From positions 1-56,836 of IMG/VR virus record IMGVR_UViG_3300037147_000155: a stretch of 56,836 bases of DNA. One strand, 5' to 3'. The stretch is from a virus (lineage: Duplodnaviria; Caudoviricetes). The position numbers and the translations under genes are program-made. This document shows positions 48,204 through 56,836 of this stretch, one piece after another (position 1 is the stretch's first letter; each line of letters opens with the position of its first letter). The notes beneath the pieces were generated by a model. It did no database searches, was not told the DNA's origin, and worked only from the letters and a program-made list of their open reading frames with translations.

Positions 48204-48451
48204 TGCCGCTCTCCTGGGTGGCCGACATCGCCGACCTCGCCACTCGATTCCAACTTAGCTAACCTTCGCCTGGCCTCTGCGCCGGTGATCATCTTGGGGA
48301 ACGCGGCCTCGGCGGCCACCTTCAGTTGCGCATAGATGTCGGGCTGATTGGCCCGCAGCCACTGGGCGCAGAGTTTGACTAAGTGAACATGGCGCTTGGT
48401 GTTGTTGTAGCCCTGGGCGGTCACTTGAGTCCCTTGATCATCTTTAGCCAC
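48200..48451 (-). CDS. Hypothetical protein (paralog of 48421-48615)
   Basis: WLRANQPDIYAQLK.AA...FP. Confidence 0.55.
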   Translation of the reverse strand: MAKDDQGTQVTAQGYNNTKRHVHLVKLCAQWLRANQPDIYAQLKVAAEAAFPKMITGAEARRRLAKLESSGEVGDVGHPGERQ

Positions 48452-48615
48452 TCCAGTCGATTCTTGCTCGCAACGACCTTACGTGGAGAGCTGGGATACT
48501 TTTTCAGGGCTATCTTACGGAACTTGGCCCACAGATCGGGGCGGTTCTGCGAAATCCAAATCACCGATAGGCTCCTAATCAAGTTCTGCCTATGATTCGC
48601 GTCACGTTGGCTCAT
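48421..48615 (-). CDS. Hypothetical protein (paralog of 48200-48451)
   Basis: WISQNRPDLWAKFR.IA...YP. Confidence 0.55.
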   Translation of the reverse strand: MSQRDANHRQNLIRSLSVIWISQNRPDLWAKFRKIALKKYPSSPRKVVASKNRLEWLKMIKGLK

Positions 48616-48720
48616 TTGTTCTCCGATGCTCCCTTTCCAGCTTGACCAGCCGCCTGATGATGATGCCGATGGTCATCGACATGACTATGCTTGCGGCCGT
48701 GTTTGCGACTAGGATTGTTC

Positions 48721-50013
48721 CTACCACTGCGATCTCAAGTGAGGTCGTTCGCTAAACTCCTGTGGATGGTTGGCCGACCTGGCCCGGAAGCCATTGCCAG
48801 CCAGGTCATCCCTGGCCACGCCATGGCAAATCTCGAACGCCATACACTTGGTGGGCCAGACACAGTTGCCCTCTGCCGTGCTCATGGGGAACCATTTGTC
48901 GAGGAGGTCCTCACGAGTGACAGTGTGAGTGTCGTCAGAGTCATCGACCTCGTTCAGCTCGTTGAGGAAATCGCGGTGTTCGCGTATGTCGACCTCGCGG
49001 GGCAGCGCCTGGCGCTTCCAGCGTTCGACTTCGTAGGGTGACCTGAGAATGGCTGGCAACTCCACAAATTGCTCCTCCAGCAGGGAACGGTCAGCCACAG
49101 CGAGATACGATATCCAGCCGCTGATGCCACCGAGGCGCTCGGTGACAGGTGCCTTCCTGACTCCGCTGAGCCTGTGGTTCGCGCCGCCAGCGCATCGCTT
49201 CCCCCTGCCCATCTCGTGGGGCGCTGTGCATTGCCACTCATACCTCGCATACCAGGCGTCGTCCATGCCCGGCCCCTCGGCTTCGCGCTTCCAGGCCCAC
49301 AGCAAGGGAGAGTTTGACCAGTGAAACTTTCCAGGGCCGACGTTTGGCCCTAGGTCGCGCTCATAGTCGCTGCGGCTCCCTTTCAGCAGGCCAGCGATGA
49401 TCGTGCCTGCCACTGGCTCGCCCAGCGTCGACTCCACTGCGGCGGCCTCGGAGAAAGTTTGCATGTCAAAACGCCACTTGGTGCGCCATTTGTCATCGAC
49501 CCGCGATGCTGTCTTAAGGTTGAGGATGAATAGGGAGCGATCGGCCTTCCTTCGTATCACGATGTCTGGGCGACTGAGTTGCCTGATCGTGCGGCCACCG
49601 ACGACCCAGTCCACGCTCATCTCGCGTTCGATAGCTATGACCTCGTTGGCGTCCAGCAGCGGGGCCAGCCTGACCGCTGCCCACCCACGCACCAGTGCCT
49701 CCATGAGGTCAGCCCCCTCAGCCACATCTAACTCGGGGTCGAGTGACTGCTTGTAGACCGAGATTGGCCCCTCGCGCCGAGCTGCCATGATGGTCTCCCT
49801 ACCGACCGCTACTGCCTCATTTATACTGCCAGGGGCCGTAAGGAGGTGCTCGATGGCATCATGCGTCGCGGTGCCAATGAGGGGATCCAGCCACTGGCCA
49901 GCCTGTTCGATGCCCACGCCGTCGTGTTCGTAGTGCCAATAGCGGTAGCGCATACACTTTTCGGCAGCGGTGACCCTCGATCGATCGATGGCTATGATGG
50001 GCAGGTCGCTCAT
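48721..50013 (-). CDS. PD-(D/E)XK (RecB/Cas4-like) exonuclease with Fe-S-type cysteines
   Basis: CMRYRYW, GTATHDAIE, IERE, RPDIVI...ILNLKT, C-terminal C....C....C. Confidence 0.8.
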   Translation of the reverse strand: MSDLPIIAIDRSRVTAAEKCMRYRYWHYEHDGVGIEQAGQWLDPLIGTATHDAIEHLLTAPGSINEAVAVGRETIMAARREGPISVYKQSLDPELDVAEGADLMEALVRGWAAVRLAPLLDANEVIAIEREMSVDWVVGGRTIRQLSRPDIVIRRKADRSLFILNLKTASRVDDKWRTKWRFDMQTFSEAAAVESTLGEPVAGTIIAGLLKGSRSDYERDLGPNVGPGKFHWSNSPLLWAWKREAEGPGMDDAWYARYEWQCTAPHEMGRGKRCAGGANHRLSGVRKAPVTERLGGISGWISYLAVADRSLLEEQFVELPAILRSPYEVERWKRQALPREVDIREHRDFLNELNEVDDSDDTHTVTREDLLDKWFPMSTAEGNCVWPTKCMAFEICHGVARDDLAGNGFRARSANHPQEFSERPHLRSQW

Positions 50014-50186
50014 GATTTCAGCCTCGATGAGTGCCTAGGTGAGTGCTTTCGTGCCATCTTGCGGTCCTTCAATAATTGTTTGAATTGTTGCGGGGTGAGT
50101 ATGGGACCGCGAATGTCGTCGGCGTCTTCGGTGTGGCGCTTTGTGCCACTGTGCTGCTTCTTCTGCTTACTGTCGATTGTTGTCAT
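50010..50186 (-). CDS. Small basic protein (58 aa, MTTIDSKQKK...)
   Basis: Hand-translated; ATGA coupling to nuclease; starts just after the -10 box. Confidence 0.45.
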   Translation of the reverse strand: MTTIDSKQKKQHSGTKRHTEDADDIRGPILTPQQFKQLLKDRKMARKHSPRHSSRLKS

Positions 50187-50197
50187 CGGGCTCCAGC

Positions 50198-50226
50198 AAC
50201 ATAGATCGTTGCAAAAAGGTTGTCAA
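50198..50226 (-). promoter_or_regulatory. Sigma70-like promoter for the leftward replication/recombination genes
   Basis: TTGACA-N17-TATGTT on minus strand. Confidence 0.7.
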
Positions 50227-50386
50227 GGGGATTCGTGCTGAAAATAACGCTGGACACGATTTTATTTTGGTGCGAGACTGCGAACGGTTAAGCGGATTGA
50301 GGTCGAATCACCGGGGGCGGGTGCCCTGAACGCTCGCCCCCAATCCTTTCAGGGAGGATTTAGATGATCTCCGCGGATTCGATCCA

Positions 50387-51556
50387 ATGACAGTTGTAGT
50401 AGAGTCGGCCACCGCCGCCTGGACCGCCCTCACTTCCCACCTCAATCAATGGTTTTATCAGCCCGACATCGAAGCCCTTGCGTGCGTCCTTGCGGCTGTC
50501 CGCGCCCACTACGGCGACGACGAGCCGGTGTGGCTATTCGTTATTGGTCCCAGCGGGAGCGGCAAGACAGCAATCGCGGCCAACTGCGCGGCTGGCTTCC
50601 CTCTGGCTCACTTGGAGGGCGACATCAACATGCGGGCCATGATGAACTGCCAACGGGGCGGTGAGAACCTAAGTGTCCTCGACGGCGAGAAGGGGTATGG
50701 TAAGTCGTTCATACTTGTCTTCAAGGACTTCACCTCGATCATCTCCAAGAAGGACGAGGATCAGAAAGAGTTGCTGGGACTGTTCAGGGAACTCTACGAC
50801 GGCGCATACGAACGCAAGACCGCTGGCCGGTGGGGATCTTGGAAAGGGAAGGCAACCATTCTAGCCTGTACTACTCCAGCCATCGAGCGCGCCTGGGCAG
50901 CCTACCGTGCCCTCGGTGAACGCTTCCTACAGGTCCGCTGGCCCAATAGCGATCCTATCCAGATCGCCCGCCGCGCCCGTGCCCAAAGGGGACTTGAGAA
51001 ATCCATCGCCCACGAGATGCGCGAACTGTCCCACGACTTGTTCAGGGCTACCTCTACTCATCCGGCCCCATCCCTAACCGAGGCGCAAGGATTCCAGATT
51101 GACTCCCTGGCCAGCATGATTGCCAAGCTACGCCAGCACGTCACCCGCGATAGCCATGGCGACCGATCAGTCATTGAGGTCAGCGCGGCCGAGGAGCCTA
51201 CACGGATAGCTAAATGTCTGGAGACCCTCGCCTGCCATCATGCCCTGCTATGGGGCCGAGACCACGTTGAGCAGGCCGACCTCAGAATAGCCGTCCGCGT
51301 GGGCTTCGACTCGATCCCCCACAATCGCTCAAAGATTATCCGTTCGATTCCATCTGACGCTCCCATGCCTGTAGTAGATATCCGCAAAATGACCTCCATG
51401 GTCCGCTCGACTATATTCTGGGTCGGCGACGAATTAGTGGCCATGAATATCCTCGAACAGATAGGCTCCATGGAAGACGAAATCAGCTATCGTTTTACCC
51501 CAGAATTTGCCGAAATGTGGCGTAACAGCAACCTACCCCCCTGCGTCGAGGTCTGA
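50387..51556 (+). CDS. AAA+ (MCM-like) replicative helicase with C-terminal winged helix
   Basis: IGPSGSGKT Walker A; LVFKDFTSI Walker B-like; ACTT sensor; GERF Arg finger; EEPTR. Confidence 0.7.
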   Translation: MTVVVESATAAWTALTSHLNQWFYQPDIEALACVLAAVRAHYGDDEPVWLFVIGPSGSGKTAIAANCAAGFPLAHLEGDINMRAMMNCQRGGENLSVLDGEKGYGKSFILVFKDFTSIISKKDEDQKELLGLFRELYDGAYERKTAGRWGSWKGKATILACTTPAIERAWAAYRALGERFLQVRWPNSDPIQIARRARAQRGLEKSIAHEMRELSHDLFRATSTHPAPSLTEAQGFQIDSLASMIAKLRQHVTRDSHGDRSVIEVSAAEEPTRIAKCLETLACHHALLWGRDHVEQADLRIAVRVGFDSIPHNRSKIIRSIPSDAPMPVVDIRKMTSMVRSTIFWVGDELVAMNILEQIGSMEDEISYRFTPEFAEMWRNSNLPPCVEV

Positions 51557-51637
51557 CTTCCCGCAGACCATTTTATTTCCCCTAACCCCTTTATAATACT
51601 ACTAAATACACCACACAGGGGGGGAGTTGCTGTTACG
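51521..51637. repeat. Inverted repeat around an AT-rich core (origin or terminator candidate)
   Basis: cgtaacagcaac+C-tract+tg (51521-51543) is complementary to 51616-51637. Confidence 0.7.
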
Positions 51638-51669
51638 GTTCAAGTAATACTTGAAGTATTGCGGCCAGC

Positions 51670-52002
51670 TCAAACTCTGCTCTCGCGCTCCCTCTCCCAC
51701 TCCGCACGGGCTCGCGCCAGCTCGGATTCGACAATAGGTATAATCTTGTCCGCATAATCAAAGCATGTACATTCATAGCCTTGAGCTATTACCCTCTCCC
51801 AATTTCCGTAATCGCTACCACATAATCCGCCTTGGTGCAATTCCTTCGCCAACAGCTCCCGCAGCCCGCTCCCCGCCTCTGAGGGCGCAGATTCGCGCCC
51901 TGGTTGACCAGCTACCTTCCCACAGCTGAGCCACTCCCCCTTCCCTTCAGTCTCTGGGATAGGGGAGTAGCAGGCCTTGGTGTGCTTATGCGTCTCAGAC
52001 AC
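51670..52002 (-). CDS. Hypothetical protein
   Basis: AAGGAGG RBS. Confidence 0.55.
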   Translation of the reverse strand: MSETHKHTKACYSPIPETEGKGEWLSCGKVAGQPGRESAPSEAGSGLRELLAKELHQGGLCGSDYGNWERVIAQGYECTCFDYADKIIPIVESELARARAEWERERESRV

Positions 52003-52282
52003 GATTGGCCTCCTTCGACCTGGCGAAAATCGCTGCCTTCTCCACGATCTCCTCCATGAGGAGCATGCAAATGGAGCACTCCATCGCGGATGGCTCAGCG
52101 TCGTGGCGGTTGCGGTGGAGGACGAGGTGGGCGCTTAGGTCATATTGTTTCGCTAGGCGATCGCGTAGGCGCTCGGCGTCGAAGCGGTCCAGGTTATGGC
52201 CCACACAGCACCATGCCGCTGGAGTGTTGGCTACCGGGTCCGCGGGCTCCCAGATAATCACTGCTGCGATTGGTTCGAGCAT
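51995..52282 (-). CDS. Hypothetical protein coupled to the JAB gene
   Basis: TGATG coupling; AAAGGAGG RBS. Confidence 0.55.
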   Translation of the reverse strand: MLEPIAAVIIWEPADPVANTPAAWCCVGHNLDRFDAERLRDRLAKQYDLSAHLVLHRNRHDAEPSAMECSICMLLMEEIVEKAAIFARSKEANRV

Positions 52283-53184
52283 CAGCTGCCTCCTTTACCG
52301 GTGTGATAGCCATTGTAGCTATCAAATGACATACTGTCATAGATGGCATCGACGGCCGCGGCGTGATCGCTGCCCGCTGCCTCGCCATAGCCTGCCAGGT
52401 TGGCCGCTGGCTTGATGGCCTCCTTGAGTTGGTCGCGATAGGTGTCGGCCGCCCTGATGCCCACTAGGATAACCTTGCCATCAGCCCGGCTGAATCGTCC
52501 ACACTCCAGCTTGATGCGCATGCGACACTTTGACTCTCCCTTCGCATTGATCACGATCTCAATGGGCCAGTTGGCATGGGCCTCGTCGGTCGCAGACCAA
52601 AACGCGCCCATCTGGACGTGACTGTGGATGGCGGCGATCGTGCCCGGCCTGACACGGAACTGGTCGTCTGGCATCTCTACGTGAGCGCCAGAGGCTGATT
52701 GAGGTGGAAAGTACATCTCGCGTATCGCCGCCCGGCCAGTGGACTGATTGAGGTCTCCGATGAGATATGCCATCCATTCGGTGTCAAACTCATCTGCGAG
52801 TTCAGTGCAGGCTCGGTACATATCAAGTGGCATCTCCACTTGTGGCTCGGCGGCGATGGGGCAGCCCTTGACGTCGGCCACCGGGCAGGTCCAGTCAGTG
52901 TCAGGCGGCCGCGTGGCTATGGGAACGATGACTGTAGTGGAATGGTCGCTTCCACTACGGCTGCCCATCCTGTCGCCGAACCTCTGCTGACCATTGCGCT
53001 GCCAGTCCCTGTGGGATGCGACTGACTGGCTGCCCTGGCTGCCCTCTGTGATATAGTTGGCGTTATGTGCAGCGACTGCATTAGATATGTCCTCGATCCC
53101 TGGCGCTGGCCTCTCGTCGACCAGGATCCAGTTATCGCCTGCCAGGATCTCCTTTATTTTGCGCTCACTACGTTTGCGTCCCAT
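52282..53184 (-). CDS. JAB/MPN+ metallopeptidase (deubiquitinase-like)
   Basis: TEWMAYLIG catalytic Glu; IHSHVQMGAFWSATD = HxH-x7-S-x2-D; GGGAGG RBS. Confidence 0.9.
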   Translation of the reverse strand: MGRKRSERKIKEILAGDNWILVDERPAPGIEDISNAVAAHNANYITEGSQGSQSVASHRDWQRNGQQRFGDRMGSRSGSDHSTTVIVPIATRPPDTDWTCPVADVKGCPIAAEPQVEMPLDMYRACTELADEFDTEWMAYLIGDLNQSTGRAAIREMYFPPQSASGAHVEMPDDQFRVRPGTIAAIHSHVQMGAFWSATDEAHANWPIEIVINAKGESKCRMRIKLECGRFSRADGKVILVGIRAADTYRDQLKEAIKPAANLAGYGEAAGSDHAAAVDAIYDSMSFDSYNGYHTGKGGS

Positions 53185-53233
53185 GGCTAAGTCCTCCCTT
53201 GGGGGCAAAGTACGCCCCCTGTTGCGATTGCTG

Positions 53234-53878
53234 CTAAACGGCCACATATTGATTCACTCGCAGACCAGAGTCAGACCAGTCGACGCGAAAGGTGTCTCGG
53301 ACTGGTAAGCCTAGTAGAATGTAGTAGATAGCAATGGATGCAGCCATTGTGCATGGCCCAACGTGGACCGGCACGCTCGCATACCCTGGCTCATTCTCGG
53401 CCTCGGTCGACCATTCGGCTGGACTGCCGGTGACGGTCAGACCGTGACCATCTGCGCCTAGCTCAACGTAGCGTCCATGATAGTGCCCTCCTGCCCTCCC
53501 TACGGCCTCGTAGACCATCCTACGGCTACGCAGCGAGTCAGTTGACACGATTACCCTATTGGCTGACCTGATGGCTTCAGAATGCCACTCAGGGTCAAAA
53601 TGGCCATGCGCGTTTATGGTGACATCGGGCCTGGCACGTCTGATCAACCCAGCCAGCGCGATTGACTTCGGCAGTCCGATGGCTGCTGAGTCAAAGGGTA
53701 GGCGATTCAGGTTATGCCCCTCGATCAGATCACCGTCAAAGAGTTCCAGCTGGCGGACACCGGCCAGGCCAAGGAAATATCCGCACCAACTTCCGATGCC
53801 GCCGCAGCCCACTACCAGCACGGTCTGGTCCTGGATAATGCCCAACGACTCTTGCCTGCTATACGTGTTGTCAGTCAT
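53234..53878 (-). CDS. E1/ThiF-family activating (adenylating) enzyme
   Basis: YSRQ, VLVVGCGGIGS, FDGDLIEGHNLNR, G.PK, STDS...R. Confidence 0.9.
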   Translation of the reverse strand: MTDNTYSRQESLGIIQDQTVLVVGCGGIGSWCGYFLGLAGVRQLELFDGDLIEGHNLNRLPFDSAAIGLPKSIALAGLIRRARPDVTINAHGHFDPEWHSEAIRSANRVIVSTDSLRSRRMVYEAVGRAGGHYHGRYVELGADGHGLTVTGSPAEWSTEAENEPGYASVPVHVGPCTMAASIAIYYILLGLPVRDTFRVDWSDSGLRVNQYVAV

Positions 53879-54123
53879 TTCGTCCTCCTGCGACCCTTAA
53901 CCCTCTTGGCCCGCTTGATTCGCTTATGGGTACCTGGCTTACTCAGCTTCTCCAAGGTGTTGGCTCTGCGCCGGCCCATCATCTCCAAGATATCCAGGAA
54001 TCTCTGCGCCAGCTCATATAGGTCCCTAGTCTGCTGCCTGTCAGCAGCATCTGCTGCCATGAGTATGTCAGGATCATCGATGTCATGCATACCCCACGTA
54101 TATCTATCCTCACTATCCATCAT
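53875..54123 (-). CDS. Small protein inside the Ubl operon (acidic N-terminus, basic C-terminus)
   Basis: GGGAGG RBS; ATGA coupling to E1. Confidence 0.6.
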   Translation of the reverse strand: MMDSEDRYTWGMHDIDDPDILMAADAADRQQTRDLYELAQRFLDILEMMGRRRANTLEKLSKPGTHKRIKRAKRVKGRRRTK

Positions 54124-54146
54124 AGTCCTCCCTTTGGGCAGCCTGA

Positions 54147-55388
54147 CTACCTGCCCCAGATAACGCCTGCGGCCTCCCTGGCCACCTCTCGTGCCCCAAA
54201 CTCGAATGCATTAGTGGCATCCATGCCCTCGTCCCGCCAATGGTCATACCAATCCCTTACTCCCTGTGGACAACTCACCTTGACCTCTGGCGACCAGTCG
54301 CTCATGGACACGAGTAGGCTACTCAGGTTGACCTCCTTGTAGGCGCGATTGATGCAGGCGACCACCCTGGTCAGGCTAGCCTGGTCAACAATCGCCGCAG
54401 GCAATCCCTGTGGCTGACAGCAGATCGATCCATGGTCCGCATGGGGCAACTTTGGACTCCATTCGGCTATCTTGGACTGATTGAGTTCAAACGCCCCCGT
54501 GGATGGCATAAACGTAATCCAGATCCAGGGATAGATTGGCTCAGCTTGCTCAGCGCTCCATTCGATCTCACAGACTCTATTGCGAACCATTTCGTCGTCA
54601 GGGGTAGGATCTTCAAAGCCATTAGCCCGCTCCCAAACCTCCCACCCAGGATAGCTGAATCGCGTCGGCTGATAGCTGAGGCGCTGCAGGACCTCAATGG
54701 CTCCATCGATTGACCTCGACTGCCTAATGGCGACTCCCTGTCCATTGAGCCACCCCGGCACAGCGAATACATTACGCGTGGCCAACCTGGCTGCCTCGGC
54801 TGCTATCTGCTGCTCCCTGCGGAACGCAGCCCGCTCAGCCTCCACTTGCTGCCTGACTATCCTCGCCTGCGTGGTCGCGGCCGCAATCATGGCATCTCTC
54901 TCCCTGCGTATGGCCTCGGCTGCCTTCCTGCGCAGATTGACCAGCAGCTTGCCACCCGTGGCGGAAGGCTCGCCACTGGACATCAGCCTGAACGTGCGGC
55001 CGCCAATGGTTAGATATCCTGGCTCGGCGGCAGTTAGCCGACTGATGACCTCCTCGTCTGACTCCAATGTGGCCACCGCGCCATTGTCATCCTGCCCTAC
55101 CAACTCCGCTGCTATCTCACTCACATAGCTACGGATAGCGTCAGCCAGGATAGCCGGCGACAGCGATGGCATACCAGCGTCATAGTTGGCCCCTAGATAA
55201 TTAGCCAGCGACCTCGCCCGCTGGCGATTGATGCTCATATACCCACGGTGCGGCCCAGGCAGATAGCCACGGAAGGCGACCATTTTGGTATTCCCTACCT
55301 GCTCAGTGACATCCCTATCGCCAATGGTTACATGGAGCTGTAGCGCCCGTGTGCCCTGCGGTGATAACTCTACCCTTATCTCGTCCAT
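54147..55388 (-). CDS. Coiled-coil protein with C-terminal E2/UBC-like domain
   Basis: KLPHADHGSICC resembles the E2 HPN/PH...G.IC active site; later VNLSS; flanked by Ubl, E1 and JAB genes. Confidence 0.6.
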   Translation of the reverse strand: MDEIRVELSPQGTRALQLHVTIGDRDVTEQVGNTKMVAFRGYLPGPHRGYMSINRQRARSLANYLGANYDAGMPSLSPAILADAIRSYVSEIAAELVGQDDNGAVATLESDEEVISRLTAAEPGYLTIGGRTFRLMSSGEPSATGGKLLVNLRRKAAEAIRRERDAMIAAATTQARIVRQQVEAERAAFRREQQIAAEAARLATRNVFAVPGWLNGQGVAIRQSRSIDGAIEVLQRLSYQPTRFSYPGWEVWERANGFEDPTPDDEMVRNRVCEIEWSAEQAEPIYPWIWITFMPSTGAFELNQSKIAEWSPKLPHADHGSICCQPQGLPAAIVDQASLTRVVACINRAYKEVNLSSLLVSMSDWSPEVKVSCPQGVRDWYDHWRDEGMDATNAFEFGAREVAREAAGVIWGR

Positions 55389-55470
55389 CGATGTCCTCCC
55401 TGGGATAGTGAGCATCCCACTGAGGGGACAATATAAAATTATCCCCTCTAGCGAAGCTCTCTAACCGTGC

Positions 55471-55725
55471 TTAGCCTCGCGCATCCTTGGCCACCAACTC
55501 AACCACTGTGGCCCTCAGAGCCGCCAGCGTCTGACTGCCTGCGCTGACCTCCGCCTTCGATCCATTGACCAGCACATTGAAGGTCCGTAGGCCATGATTG
55601 GCCGAATACTCCTTGGCCACGTCGGCCAGGGTGTCCTCGCCATCCGCCGACCCGACAGTTTCTCCATTAACTTTAATCGTTACTGATGGATAGCCGCCAT
55701 TCCCTGCTTCCCATACGTCTGTCAT
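55471..55725 (-). CDS. Ubiquitin-like (beta-grasp) protein ending in Gly
   Basis: 84 aa; VTIKVNG...TLADVA...FNVLVNG...VVELVAKDARG; GGGGAGG RBS. Confidence 0.75.
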   Translation of the reverse strand: MTDVWEAGNGGYPSVTIKVNGETVGSADGEDTLADVAKEYSANHGLRTFNVLVNGSKAEVSAGSQTLAALRATVVELVAKDARG

Positions 55726-56163
55726 AGCTAGTCCTCCCCTTCATGGATTGACTACATCCCCAGCAGGACGCTGGGAAACTTTGGTGGGAATCTTCGCAGG
55801 GCTCCCACCTGGCCCCGACCGTCCCGCATGGACAGCCATACATGTGCGAACTTTGGGGACTGAGGACGTTGTGGCACTTGGGAGGACCATTCTACCCTCA
55901 GCCCCCGGCGCTGCGGTGCGCCATCCCCTGATCTAGCCAGCAATGGCCTCAGGGGAACTCGATACTAAATAATCCCTATGCGTCATAGCCACAGTGTGCT
56001 ATCCTCCCCCTACGCACAGAGAGGGGAGGCCGGACGCTTAGACGCTCTGAGGCCTCCTCGCTGTCAGTGGCTGACCTCACTCCCCATAGGGCGCTTTTGG
56101 CCCTATCGCTCATAACACACATAGATCAGGAATGCCACCAGAGCGAACAGGATGACCACGCTG

Positions 56164-56376
56164 TCAGGCATTGCGGATACCCCCCGCAATAGAGCGGAAT
56201 AGCTCAGCCACCTGCGGTCGCTTAGCCTCAACGATGCCATGCCCTGTGACTGAGGCAGCCATGAACTGAGCCTCATTGGCTCCTTTGGCCAGCGCAGCCT
56301 CAATGATGGGAGTGATCCAGGATTGCCAATCGCTACGATCAGTCACGTTGACCTCCAGGTCCACACTCGCCTGCAA
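56164..56376 (-). CDS. Hypothetical early protein
   Basis: GGAGG RBS before likely start VTDRSDW (about 56346). Confidence 0.5.
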   Translation of the reverse strand: MQASVDLEVNVTDRSDWQSWITPIIEAALAKGANEAQFMAASVTGHGIVEAKRPQVAELFRSIAGGIRNA

Positions 56377-56539
56377 TATAGTCTAACCATCGCTGACGGT
56401 TGAAACGCAAGCTCTGTGACTCGCAGAAGTCTGCTAGGGTATTGAGGTAGATCTCAGTAAATCCATCCCCATACTGAGAATACAGTCGATTATGTTCCCT
56501 TATCGCATCCGCCAAAGCTATAAAGTGTTTCTTGGTCAT
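56339..56539 (-). CDS. Small early phage protein (MTKKHFIALADAI...F....RFN..RW)
   Basis: GGGAGG RBS; sequence pattern I recall from small phage proteins. Confidence 0.7.
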   Translation of the reverse strand: MTKKHFIALADAIREHNRLYSQYGDGFTEIYLNTLADFCESQSLRFNRQRWLDYIAGECGPGGQRD

Positions 56540-56710
56540 CTGCTCGACTACCTCCCTGCGGTCGACGAACCGCCACCCAAACTTTCAATCGAACGCTCGA
56601 CGTTGCCATTTGCCGCGACACCGACCGCCCGCCAAGCGACGCAAACGCAAACAAGCCACTTTGCCACGTTCGCCTGCCGTGCGTCGCCCTACTAGCCCCG
56701 CAACGCGAAA

Positions 56711-56836
56711 ATGGCGCCACAATCACGATATCGCTATCGCAACTGTTCGCTATCGTCATCTCTCCCATACTCCTTTTTGATGTGCTCAATCCATCGCTGC
56801 TCAGCCACCCTCTGATCCCTGACCACCCGCACAATC
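56711..56836. repeat. Terminal direct repeat, right copy
   Basis: Identical to 8-133. Confidence 0.95.

Noticed and set aside
48721-50013. Cas4 or CRISPR system
   Set aside because: No repeat-spacer array or other cas genes seen; context is a Sak4/SSB recombination module
53234-53878. ThiF/MoeB as a thiamine or molybdopterin auxiliary metabolic gene
   Set aside because: No ThiG, MoaE or sulfurtransferase nearby; neighbours are E2-like and JAB genes, which points to protein conjugation

Overview
This window looks like the essentially complete, circularly permuted genome of a podovirus-like dsDNA phage. Nt 8-133 are repeated exactly at 56711-56836. I saw no integrase, repressor cassette, tRNA or CRISPR array. 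The + strand (about 3-39 kb) carries TerL, portal, small basic peptides, scaffold, major capsid, adaptor, nozzle and ejection proteins. It then carries six large fibre- or glycan-active proteins that all start with Sec-type signal peptides, and an atypical lysis region. The - strand carries a split UDG/exonuclease + PolA polymerase (His at the 762-equivalent site), a Cys phosphatase, an SSB-like protein, an Acb2/Tad1-like protein, a Sak4-like ATPase, a PD-(D/E)XK nuclease and many small early genes. An AAA+ helicase-like gene lies on the + strand among them. Six freestanding homing endonucleases are scattered through the genome. The top candidate for a new system is an apparently complete phage-encoded ubiquitin-like conjugation operon (Ubl - E2-like - small ORF - E1/ThiF - JAB, 52.3-55.7 kb) whose E1 lacks the usual Zn and catalytic cysteines. 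The second is the cassette of exported virion-type proteins plus a PEP-CTERM protein, which hints at a PEP-CTERM-using diderm host such as Acidobacteriota (inference only). All calls come from reading motifs by eye; no database searches were run.
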